Below, piece by piece: positions 26,467 through 34,209 of a DNA stretch of 64,000 nucleotides; the first letter of the stretch is position 1; the number at the start of each line of letters is the position of its first letter. Under the pieces are notes generated by a model. It did no database searches, was not told the origin of the DNA, and worked only from the letters and a program-made list of their open reading frames with translations. The position numbers were made by a program, and so were the translations under genes. This DNA comes from an uncultured virus (IMG/VR IMGVR_UViG_3300044727_000112) (lineage: Duplodnaviria > Heunggongvirae > Uroviricota > Caudoviricetes). The DNA is taken from the IMG/VR virus record IMGVR_UViG_3300044727_000112. The stretch is one strand, 5' to 3'.

Positions 26467-26542
26467 TCGAGACCCTGTGCGAGCTCGCCATTGGCGTGGT
26501 GCTGTTCTCGCTGATGTGCCGGACATTGATAGGAAAGTGGCC

Positions 26543-26941
26543 ATGGCAGACATGAAGCTTCCAGATTGCATGCTGCCGGATGGTGCCGATCCATGTCTGG
26601 GATATCAGGAATTGCAGGCTAAGGTCGAGCATCTGCAATGCATACTTGCCAATGAACGTCTTCGCATCACTCACTTTGGTCGTGTCATGGATATGGCAAA
26701 TGCCGAAATCAAGCAGCTGGAGCAAGAGGTGCAAGAGCTGACAACTCGCGCCACCAACGAGCACATAGAGAACATCAAGCTGCAAGCCGAGGTCGAGCGG
26801 CTGCGCGGGCACAAGGAAGAAGCCGACCGCCACATCGCTACGATTGCACAACTGCGCATCGAGGTCGAGCAGTTGAAAGGTATTATTGCTGGGTTAGAAG
26901 ACGTGTTGCGCCGTTGTGGTCCAGAGGACGACCCCACATGA
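26543..26941 (+). CDS. coiled-coil hypothetical protein
   Basis: LPDCMLPDG start, heptads with LQAEVERLR. Confidence 0.6.
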   Translation: MADMKLPDCMLPDGADPCLGYQELQAKVEHLQCILANERLRITHFGRVMDMANAEIKQLEQEVQELTTRATNEHIENIKLQAEVERLRGHKEEADRHIATIAQLRIEVEQLKGIIAGLEDVLRRCGPEDDPT

Positions 26942-27090
26942 CATCGCTCAAGCCATCGTCGAAACGTCGCCGCAAGGGCAAATATGCGCAGCCGGTTGAT
27001 GCTGACAAGCATCCGCCTCCGTTGAAGACACCGAAGTTCGATATGCGGGTGCGCAAGCCCAAGAAGCCGAAGGGCCGCAAGCACAAGTAG
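26938..27090 (+). CDS. highly basic 50-aa protein
   Basis: Not in the track: MTSLKPSSKRRRKGKY...KPKKPKGRKHK; ATGA overlap, GAGGA RBS. Confidence 0.5.
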   Translation: MTSLKPSSKRRRKGKYAQPVDADKHPPPLKTPKFDMRVRKPKKPKGRKHK

Positions 27091-27100
27091 GAGGCGACCA

Positions 27101-27355
27101 ATGACCCTAGCAGATATGATGGAGGGCTTGCGCGAGGGCGCTGCCAAGCAGAGTAAGTTCATGGGCATTACGCTGACCCGCACCGAAATCGAGCCTATGC
27201 TCGCGGAATACGATGCGTTGCGCGTTGAAAACGAGCGGCTGCGAGCAATTGGGCTAGAGCTGATTGACGTAGCCGAACGGCTTTCTCCCGCACAACACAG
27301 CCTAGCACGAGTGCAGGTTGATAGGGCCAAAGCCGCCCTGAAGGCCAAGCCATGA
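27101..27355 (+). CDS. hypothetical protein
   Basis: AGGAGG RBS. Confidence 0.6.
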   Translation: MTLADMMEGLREGAAKQSKFMGITLTRTEIEPMLAEYDALRVENERLRAIGLELIDVAERLSPAQHSLARVQVDRAKAALKAKP

Positions 27356-27705
27356 CCCGAGAGCCGCCCACAAAACTGATTAGTGTTATGGTGGACCCGC
27401 AACTCGTGGAGGAAGCCGCCGCCGAAGTCGGTCAGCTGCGCGCCGAAAACGAGCGGCTGCGCATTAAATACGGAGTATTAGCCAACCCCGAGCGGGTGTG
27501 GCAGGGCGAGTGTGGTCATCTTTGGCACCATGAGGGTACGGGTAACCCTAGCTGTCCAACCTGCACCAAAATCGAGCAGCTGCGGGCGGCGCTGACAGAA
27601 TATGCCAAAGGCGATAATTGGCTACGGGGGGCGCGTTTCGATCCAAACTCGCATTGCTTCGATGGCATCAAGTTCGCCATGTCCACCCTGGATCCCAAGC
27701 CGTGA
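27352..27705 (+). CDS. hypothetical coiled-coil/Zn-finger protein
   Basis: LRAENERLR; CGH...CPTC. Confidence 0.55.
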   Translation: MTREPPTKLISVMVDPQLVEEAAAEVGQLRAENERLRIKYGVLANPERVWQGECGHLWHHEGTGNPSCPTCTKIEQLRAALTEYAKGDNWLRGARFDPNSHCFDGIKFAMSTLDPKP

Positions 27706-27819
27706 CTGACCTCGATCGTATTGTGCTGCTATCGCTTGCCCTTGGTATTGTGCTGATCGTGGTCGCGCTGTTGCTGACCTCTTGCCAGGTGCCCATGCGT
27801 TGATGTAAATTTACTTCCC

Positions 27820-28101
27820 ATGAATTATAAAATCGACTACGAATGGGTGCCTAACCTGCGGACGATGGCCATAGCCGAGGATGGCCGCGAATTCCCCAAC
27901 CTGTTCAATGCCGCCATGGATTGGATGGAGGAAAAAGCGCCAGGTGTCTTGCTGAATGGCGAGCTTAACCGCCGGCAATGCCGCGAGCTCTGGCAATGGC
28001 TGGGTCGCACTGACAAGGTGCCCAAACGGTTGCGGATTTTTATCAACAGTGAAGACCTCAAACGCATCTATCCTGGAATTATGAACAATGGAGAAGACTG
28101 A
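27820..28101 (+). CDS. hypothetical protein
   Basis: Follows a TTGCCA-N18-TAAATT promoter-like element. Confidence 0.55.
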   Translation: MNYKIDYEWVPNLRTMAIAEDGREFPNLFNAAMDWMEEKAPGVLLNGELNRRQCRELWQWLGRTDKVPKRLRIFINSEDLKRIYPGIMNNGED

Positions 28102-28425
28102 ATGAAACCCTCACAAGCTGAATTCCTGCTGCGGCTGGCCGAGAATTCGAACGAGGCTGGCGAAGAGGTCATCGCCGAGATGCGGCGGATGGGCATGGAG
28201 CATGCTCACCGCTTGCTGCAAGAATTGGACTTGCTAAATAGTGCATTAGAACTAAATCGCTTGGATCGTGAACGATTTGCGCAATATATGCCGCGGCCGC
28301 CGCAGAGCTTACAGAGCGCACTGCAGCAGGGACCGCGAGCGGCTATTGCAGGAGGTAAGGATGAGACGCAAGCGCAAGCGAAAGATCAACGGCAGCGGGC
28401 GGCGACGGCGGGTCAACAGTCGTAA
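28102..28425 (+). CDS. hypothetical protein
   Basis: GGAG RBS. Confidence 0.55.
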   Translation: MKPSQAEFLLRLAENSNEAGEEVIAEMRRMGMEHAHRLLQELDLLNSALELNRLDRERFAQYMPRPPQSLQSALQQGPRAAIAGGKDETQAQAKDQRQRAATAGQQS

Positions 28426-28633
28426 GCACACCAAGGAAGCCCGCAACCGGGTGCTCAATAGAGCTCTAAAGCGGGGCGCGATCACCAATGATGAGGCCAA
28501 GCGCGTCGGTGGCTGGGCGCAGAGTTGGTACCACCTGCACAAGCTGGCCAAAGCTGGCGTTCTGAAGCGAACGGCATACAATACCTGGGAACCCATCCGA
28601 CGGCGGGGGCGCCCGAGCACGATCCTCATTTAA
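28361..28633 (+). CDS. basic winged-helix-like DNA-binding protein
   Basis: AGGAGG RBS; Arg-rich N-terminus; GAITNDEA...YHLHKLAKAGVLKR. Confidence 0.6.
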   Translation: MRRKRKRKINGSGRRRRVNSRKHTKEARNRVLNRALKRGAITNDEAKRVGGWAQSWYHLHKLAKAGVLKRTAYNTWEPIRRRGRPSTILI

Positions 28634-28647
28634 AAGGAGATTGAACA

Positions 28648-30534
28648 ATGAAGCTGACTCGCTTCTTGTTCGTCGACTTTGAGACCTTCTATTCGAAGGA
28701 ATATTCGCTCCGGCACCTCAGCGTGCCGGAGTATATTTTAGATCCACGCTACCAGACCCTGATGATGGCGGCGTTCGACACCAATTGGCCCGCCCCTAAA
28801 ATCATCCTGCCGGCCGACATCCCGGCCTTTCTGACGCAATATCCGGCCGAACAGACCATTGCCGCGAGTCACAATGCCCTGTTCGATATGGCGATCCTGG
28901 CCTGGAAATATGGCTGGGTGCCGGCGCTGATGCAGGACACCCTCGGCATGGTGCGGGCGCTGCGGAATTATCAGCGCAACAGCCTGGGAGCGGTCATCAA
29001 GGAGCTATTTGGCCGCGATTCCAAGGGCGATACCATCCACAAGGTCCAGGGCATGCACGCCCAGGACATCAAGAATGTGGGGCTGTGGCCGGCGTTCTGC
29101 GAATATGCCCTAAACGACGTGCGCGAATGCTACCACATCTACTGCAAGCTCTACCCGGAGCTCCCGGCCGAGGAGCGCCAGGTGATGGACCTGGTGTTGC
29201 GGGCTGCCGTGGTGCCGCGGCTGCATGCCGACGTTCCCCTGCTGGAGCTCCATCTCGAGGATCTGCGCCGGCGCAAGGACACCCTATTGCGGGAGTCGGG
29301 CTACGATAAAGCGGCCCTAATGAGCGCCCAGAGCTTCAAGGATGCGTTAGAATCGCTGGGGGTGGATGTTGTCACCAAGATCTCGCCCACCGGCCGTAGC
29401 ATACCCGCCTTCGCCAAGAGCGATCCATTCATGGCGGATCTGCTCGAGTACAACGGCAGCCCCGACGACGATCTCAATTACCGGGTGCAGACCCTGGCGG
29501 CCGCCCGCCTGTCGCAAAAGAGCACCATCGAGGAGACCAGGGCGCAGCGGTTCCTGAATATCGCCAAGCTGCAGTGGACGGAAACGGTCGGAAATGGTCA
29601 GAAACCAGTTTCCGACCTTAAATTGTTGCCGGTCGCCCTGCGCTATGGCGGCGCGCACACCCATCGCCTGTCGGGCGAGTGGAAAATGAATATGCAGAAC
29701 CTGCCACGGGACAAGACCAAGTCCAAATTGCGTACCGCCCTGAAGGCCCCGCCAGGAGACCGGTTCATTACCGGCGATCTCGCCCAGATCGAGGCCCGCA
29801 TTGTGGCCAAGCTTGCCGGCGAGGCCGGCCTGGTCGAGGCTTTCCGCCGCGGCGACGATGTCTATGCCAAGTTTGCCGGAGTGATATTTGGCCGTACCAT
29901 CACCAATAAAGCCAATCCGAACGAGAGATTCATCGGCAAGACCGCCATCTTGGGCCTGGGCTACGGCTGTGGACCGGACCGGTTTCACAACATGGTGGTG
30001 ACCCAGGCTCGCCAATACGGCATTCCGCTCGAGGGTCTGTTCGACGTCAATATCGCCGAAACGACAGTTCGCACCTATCGATCGCTGTTCAGCCGGATCC
30101 AGGGCGCCTGGTACCAACTCGATCGCCTGCTGGCCAACGTCATAAATAATCCCAACAATCAATTCGCCCGCTGGCCGGATCCGGACACGGGCCCGCTCAC
30201 CTTTAAAACCGGCACCATCATTCTGCCCAATAAAATGACCCTGCGGTATATCCACGACGATCCGAAATTATACGGAGCCAAAATATTCGAGAATATTGTC
30301 CAGGCCTTGGCCCGGATCGTGGTGATGCAGGCAGCCGTGCGACTGTCCAGACGCGGATATAATTTTGCGCTCCAGAGCCATGACGAGCTCCTGTTCGCGG
30401 TGCCAGAGAATATTGTGGCAGATGTGCGGGTAATTATTTCCGAGGAAATGACCCGTGAGCCCAAATGGCTGCCGGGATTGCCGCTGGCGGTGGAGATTGG
30501 CGAGGGCAATAATTACGGAGAGGTCAAAAAATGA
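28648..30534 (+). CDS. polA: DNA polymerase family A with 3'-5' exonuclease
   Basis: DFET, HNALFD, YALNDV exonuclease motifs; DLAQIEAR, GKTAILGLGYG, SHDEL polymerase motifs. Confidence 0.95.
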   Translation: MKLTRFLFVDFETFYSKEYSLRHLSVPEYILDPRYQTLMMAAFDTNWPAPKIILPADIPAFLTQYPAEQTIAASHNALFDMAILAWKYGWVPALMQDTLGMVRALRNYQRNSLGAVIKELFGRDSKGDTIHKVQGMHAQDIKNVGLWPAFCEYALNDVRECYHIYCKLYPELPAEERQVMDLVLRAAVVPRLHADVPLLELHLEDLRRRKDTLLRESGYDKAALMSAQSFKDALESLGVDVVTKISPTGRSIPAFAKSDPFMADLLEYNGSPDDDLNYRVQTLAAARLSQKSTIEETRAQRFLNIAKLQWTETVGNGQKPVSDLKLLPVALRYGGAHTHRLSGEWKMNMQNLPRDKTKSKLRTALKAPPGDRFITGDLAQIEARIVAKLAGEAGLVEAFRRGDDVYAKFAGVIFGRTITNKANPNERFIGKTAILGLGYGCGPDRFHNMVVTQARQYGIPLEGLFDVNIAETTVRTYRSLFSRIQGAWYQLDRLLANVINNPNNQFARWPDPDTGPLTFKTGTIILPNKMTLRYIHDDPKLYGAKIFENIVQALARIVVMQAAVRLSRRGYNFALQSHDELLFAVPENIVADVRVIISEEMTREPKWLPGLPLAVEIGEGNNYGEVKK

Positions 30535-30707
30535 AATTTATTCAGATCGCTGCCACCGAAATACCAACCGACGATGAACCAACCGGCACGCTCTACGCGC
30601 TCGCTGACGATGGATCAGTGTGGTTTATGGTCGACCCCTGGCTGAGTAATGCAAGATGGAGAAAATTGCCAGTTATCACAGTTATCGAAAATGAGAAGAT
30701 AAAATGA
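30531..30707 (+). CDS. hypothetical protein (58 aa)
   Basis: Not in the track: MKFIQIAA...LYALADDGSVW...WRKLP; ATGA overlaps on both sides. Confidence 0.6.
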   Translation: MKFIQIAATEIPTDDEPTGTLYALADDGSVWFMVDPWLSNARWRKLPVITVIENEKIK

Positions 30708-30916
30708 GCCTGCCACATTTCGTCAAGGTCAAGCTGCAGAAGGACGGCACCGTCATCCTACGGGACGACGAAGGCGAGGAATTTCATCTGGAAATGCGCC
30801 GGGGCTATGCCTGGCCGCTGATTAGCAGAAAAGCTCGCCGGTTCGAACTGTTAGACGAAAAAACTCGCGAGCAAGCCAAACCGAAATTTGCGCCTTTCAC
30901 TCTGGTGAAAAAATGA
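30704..30916 (+). CDS. hypothetical protein
   Basis: 70 aa packed ORF. Confidence 0.55.
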   Translation: MSLPHFVKVKLQKDGTVILRDDEGEEFHLEMRRGYAWPLISRKARRFELLDEKTREQAKPKFAPFTLVKK

Positions 30917-30929
30917 AGGCTGGGCACGC

Positions 30930-31094
30930 ATGACAGCGTCCATGACAGTGCCCATCTGTGATGAATGCTGGCGTAAACAAAAAGGTGAGCGCGTGCCTGT
31001 CCGCATAAAGGAACCAGACCAGGAAATCTGTCACGCCTGCGGAAAAGAAACATTTTCGGGTATTTATGTGAGGAAAAATGAACACACCGGATGA
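30930..31094 (+). CDS. small zinc-finger protein
   Basis: Not in the track: ICDECW...CHACG. Confidence 0.5.
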   Translation: MTASMTVPICDECWRKQKGERVPVRIKEPDQEICHACGKETFSGIYVRKNEHTG

Positions 31095-31281
31095 ACCTAA
31101 ATTCCACCTCGACTTTTCAGAGCAGGATCCTGAACTTCCCAAAGTTCATCCCGACGAATGCTCGGATTGCAAGGTGCCTGCTGAATTCGGCTATGGCATG
31201 ATGGGAGGCGGTATCGGCGCATATTCCTACTGTCCGCAATGTGGCAAACTCCTAGCGAAGACACAAGACTCTGAGGCATAA
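31078..31281 (+). CDS. small zinc-ribbon protein
   Basis: CSDC...CPQCG; GAGGA RBS. Confidence 0.6.
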   Translation: MNTPDEPKFHLDFSEQDPELPKVHPDECSDCKVPAEFGYGMMGGGIGAYSYCPQCGKLLAKTQDSEA

Positions 31282-31286
31282 CACCA

Positions 31287-31703
31287 ATGAAAATATATAT
31301 CGCCGGCCCCATGTCAGCGCACGGGAATTATAATTTCCCGCTGTTCGACTACGTGACCAAGAAATTACGCGCCACCGGGCATTGCGAGGTGTTCAATCCG
31401 GCCGAACACGCCCGTGAGAAATTAGGTCCGCTGGAGTATATCCAGAAAATGGGCAAGGCCGAACTCGACTATGCCTTCAAATTCGAATTATTCCCCGAAG
31501 AGATTTCCTGGATCTGCCGGCAGGCCGACGCCATGCTGATGCTGCCGGGGTGGGAGCACAGCGAGGGGGCGAAGATCGAGCGTTCAGTGGCACTCTATTT
31601 CAACAAGACGGTACGTGAGGCCGATACCATCCTGCTGATCGATGAGCATGACGCACGACATCTTGGGGCGCTCGCGCTTGACCTCGCTAGTCGTATGGTC
31701 TAA
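31287..31703 (+). CDS. DUF4406 / nucleoside 2-deoxyribosyltransferase-like protein
   Basis: IYIAGPM...NFPLF...VFNPA...MLPGWEHSEGAKIE. Confidence 0.8.
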   Translation: MKIYIAGPMSAHGNYNFPLFDYVTKKLRATGHCEVFNPAEHAREKLGPLEYIQKMGKAELDYAFKFELFPEEISWICRQADAMLMLPGWEHSEGAKIERSVALYFNKTVREADTILLIDEHDARHLGALALDLASRMV

Positions 31704-31732
31704 ATTTACATCTCAAACCTAGATGCAAAAGC

Positions 31733-32431
31733 ATGAAGATGGACGCAACTACGGCTCAACCGAAACCGTTTGCCTGGTCATATAGCCGCTTGAAGGCATA
31801 CGAGGATTGTCCGCGCCGATACGTCGAAACTCAGATCAAGAAGACCTTCACCGACAAGACCAGCGACCAGACCTGGGGCGATCTCGTTCATGCGGCACTG
31901 GCACAAGCTTTGCGTGCTGGCACCCCACTGCCGACCAAGTTCCAGATCTACCAAAAATGGATCGACAAGGTCGTAGATACCGAAGGCGAGCTCCTGATCG
32001 AGGACGATTGCCGCTGGGCGATCAATCGCGAGCTCAAGCCGACGACATGGTTTGCCAAGGATGTCTGGCTGCGGTGCATTGCCGATGCCGTCAAGCTTGA
32101 TTTCAACCCGCCTGCAGCCGCCCTGGTGGTCGACTGGAAGGCCGGCAAGAGCGCCAACGTGGATCCGATCCAACTGACACTGACCTCGTTGATGATGTTC
32201 TTGCAGTTCCCCAAGCTCAAATGCGTGCGATCGGACTTCGTCTGGCTGCAAGAGAATTATCAGACCACCCAGACGCTCTACCGCAACGAAGCCGCCGATC
32301 ACTGGGCGCTGCTGATGCCGCGGGTGGAGCGACTGCGGCAGGCGTCCTTGAAGGACAATTTCCCACCCCAGCCTGGGCGTTTCTGCAAACGCTGGTGCCC
32401 GGTATCAAGCTGCGAATATCATGGAAAATGA
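31733..32431 (+). CDS. PD-(D/E)XK (Cas4-like) exonuclease
   Basis: WSYSRL...CPRRY, G..VH, D...VDWKAGK, C..C....C. Confidence 0.85.
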   Translation: MKMDATTAQPKPFAWSYSRLKAYEDCPRRYVETQIKKTFTDKTSDQTWGDLVHAALAQALRAGTPLPTKFQIYQKWIDKVVDTEGELLIEDDCRWAINRELKPTTWFAKDVWLRCIADAVKLDFNPPAAALVVDWKAGKSANVDPIQLTLTSLMMFLQFPKLKCVRSDFVWLQENYQTTQTLYRNEAADHWALLMPRVERLRQASLKDNFPPQPGRFCKRWCPVSSCEYHGK

Positions 32432-32691
32432 CAGTGAACGAAATTTGGAAATCAGGGCAGCACGGCTACACGATATCAAAATGCGAAATTTTGTCCGCCG
32501 ATAAAGCAACGCCAGAAGAGTTGGCAGAAGATCCAGATCATCCTTGGCCTGATGGTTTTGTCTTGTTTCGTTGCATCGTGCATTATCCTGGCCGAGAGGA
32601 CAAATATGTCAGTATTCATGTAGCAAGTAGAGATGAGTTGGAGACCCAAGAATTCTGGAAAAATTTTTGGGGGGAGGTGAACCAGTTATGA
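32428..32691 (+). CDS. hypothetical protein (lower GC)
   Basis: ATGA overlaps on both sides. Confidence 0.55.
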   Translation: MTVNEIWKSGQHGYTISKCEILSADKATPEELAEDPDHPWPDGFVLFRCIVHYPGREDKYVSIHVASRDELETQEFWKNFWGEVNQL

Positions 32692-33191
32692 GCACATATT
32701 ATCGCGGCACATTGCCAGATGGTGAAGACGAGCGACTGCATGCTCTTACCCTAAAAATTCTTCAATACTTACAAGCTGGACCAGTAACAAATAAATTTTT
32801 TGCGGCTCGTGTTTGTCTGGATTACCGGCGACGTATTAATGAATTACGTCGTAAACATGGATACCACATCAAAGCCACACGTATAAAAGGAGGGAGAGGA
32901 ACATTCGAATTTAGGCTATTAGATAAGCCTGAACCTGAATGGGAAGTAGTTGTTAAAACTACAGTACCGGGCGGACAATTTTTGATATATGCAGTTGATG
33001 TCAACGCTGAGACTGAAACAGAAGCACGTAACAACGCCCCTCGTAAATATGTACGCAATGAAATAATATCTGTTCGCAGAAAAGAAAAACCACCTGAAAC
33101 GGAATCACCACAACCACAACCACAACCACAACCACAACCACAACAACCTTTCTTTTCAGGATACTTCAATCATGCCAAAGTAGGAGATTAA
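32688..33191 (+). CDS. winged-HTH protein with (QP)n tail
   Basis: GGAGG RBS; RRINELRRKHGYHI; AT-rich codons. Confidence 0.6.
   Translation: MSTYYRGTLPDGEDERLHALTLKILQYLQAGPVTNKFFAARVCLDYRRRINELRRKHGYHIKATRIKGGRGTFEFRLLDKPEPEWEVVVKTTVPGGQFLIYAVDVNAETETEARNNAPRKYVRNEIISVRRKEKPPETESPQPQPQPQPQPQQPFFSGYFNHAKVGD
33108..33143 (+). repeat. (CCACAA)6 microsatellite
   Basis: Six perfect hexamers encoding PQ. Confidence 0.9.
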
Positions 33192-33192
33192 A

Positions 33193-33417
33193 ATGACCCT
33201 AGGAGAATATCGCGTCGGCATCAGCTTCAATCCCAGCAAAAATCCTGCAGTCGATGAGATCAAGCGCGCTGCTGCAGATCTGATTGATCTGATCGACGAC
33301 ATTAAATCTGGCGACGATAGTAAGGAGATTCCTCGTCTCAAGGCGCTGGCCATGACCCACATCGAGGATGCAGCAATGTGGGCAGTCAAGGCCGCGACCA
33401 AACAACCATTCGTGTGA
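33193..33417 (+). CDS. Acb2/Tad1-like helical hairpin protein (putative nucleotide-signal sponge)
   Basis: FNPS...VDEIK...RLKALAMTHIEDAAMWAVKAAT. Confidence 0.65.
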   Translation: MTLGEYRVGISFNPSKNPAVDEIKRAAADLIDLIDDIKSGDDSKEIPRLKALAMTHIEDAAMWAVKAATKQPFV

Positions 33418-33422
33418 ATAAG

Positions 33423-33543
33423 TTCTAGCCACCTCGCCGCTACCTTCGGGTGCGCTGGCTATGCAAGTCCAAGGGTGAGGTGCAAGGACTTGCTAGAAGC
33501 GGGACCGGTCAGAAACGCGACAACCGGGGAGTCAGGAGCCCGC
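33423..33543 (+). ncRNA. candidate pseudoknotted structured RNA
   Basis: Three-way junction, cUUCGg tetraloop, 7-9-bp loop-loop complementarity, second hairpin domain. Confidence 0.6.
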
Positions 33544-33571
33544 GAGACCCGGCAAGCGAGAGGGAGATAAT

Positions 33572-33850
33572 ATGCCAAATGATGAAACCGCTGCCTTCGA
33601 CGTGGTAACGCCCGATAATATCCAAATGGCGAGGCTCCTTGCTGTGCGCGAGGCTGCCAAGGTGTTCGGAGCAGTGCTGCGTGAAAATCTCCCACCTGGG
33701 TCCGACAAAACGTATGTCATGCGGACCTTCAGAACCGCCATGATGTGGGCGAGCGTGGCGATCATGAAACAGCCAGACGGCAGCCCGCGAGCTCCGGACT
33801 ATTTACCAGATCATCCTGCTCCTGGCGACCAAGGGAGCGTGCCGCTTTAA
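33572..33850 (+). CDS. second, divergent Acb2/Tad1-like helical hairpin protein
   Basis: F...P...Q...VREAAK...LPPGSDKTYVMRTFRTAMMWASVAI; GGAG RBS. Confidence 0.55.
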   Translation: MPNDETAAFDVVTPDNIQMARLLAVREAAKVFGAVLRENLPPGSDKTYVMRTFRTAMMWASVAIMKQPDGSPRAPDYLPDHPAPGDQGSVPL

Positions 33851-33855
33851 AATTC

Positions 33856-34209
33856 GTGACGACGGTGCTTGAGAAAGTAATCAAAGCAGCAGTACATAAA
33901 AGGCTACGAGAAATCGGAGCCTACCAACATTGGCCAGTCCAACTGGGCATGGGCGATCGTTGTCTGGATTGCCACGGTTGCTACCAAGGTGCTTATTTCG
34001 CCGTCGAGACCAAGCGCCCTGGTGCCAAGCCCACTAAAATTCAGTGGGTGACCATAGAAAATATCCAAGCTGCCGGCGGATTAGTATTTGTAATTGATTC
34101 TTTGGAGGCTGCCAGTGCCCTGTTCTCCGATCATCCACCCCCGCTCGCAAAGGCTCCTAGTGCCATACGATCGCGTCTGCGCGTTGTGGCCGGACGCTCA
34201 GACGATTAA
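33856..34209 (+). CDS. VRR-NUC domain nuclease
   Basis: EKVIK...LDCHGC..G.YFAVETKRPG.KPT..Q...AGG. Confidence 0.8.
   Translation: MTTVLEKVIKAAVHKRLREIGAYQHWPVQLGMGDRCLDCHGCYQGAYFAVETKRPGAKPTKIQWVTIENIQAAGGLVFVIDSLEAASALFSDHPPPLAKAPSAIRSRLRVVAGRSDD

Noticed and set aside
31733..32431. Cas4 as evidence of a CRISPR system
   Set aside because: It is a stand-alone PD-(D/E)XK nuclease of the usual phage replication module; no array or other cas genes.
33423..33560. tRNA, cobalamin or ZTP riboswitch, or twister-sister ribozyme
   Set aside because: Only short fragments resemble them (GAGTCAGGAG, ACCGGGGAG, TGCAAGTCC); there is no cloverleaf with TTCRA and the full consensus elements are missing. 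Kept as an unknown RNA.
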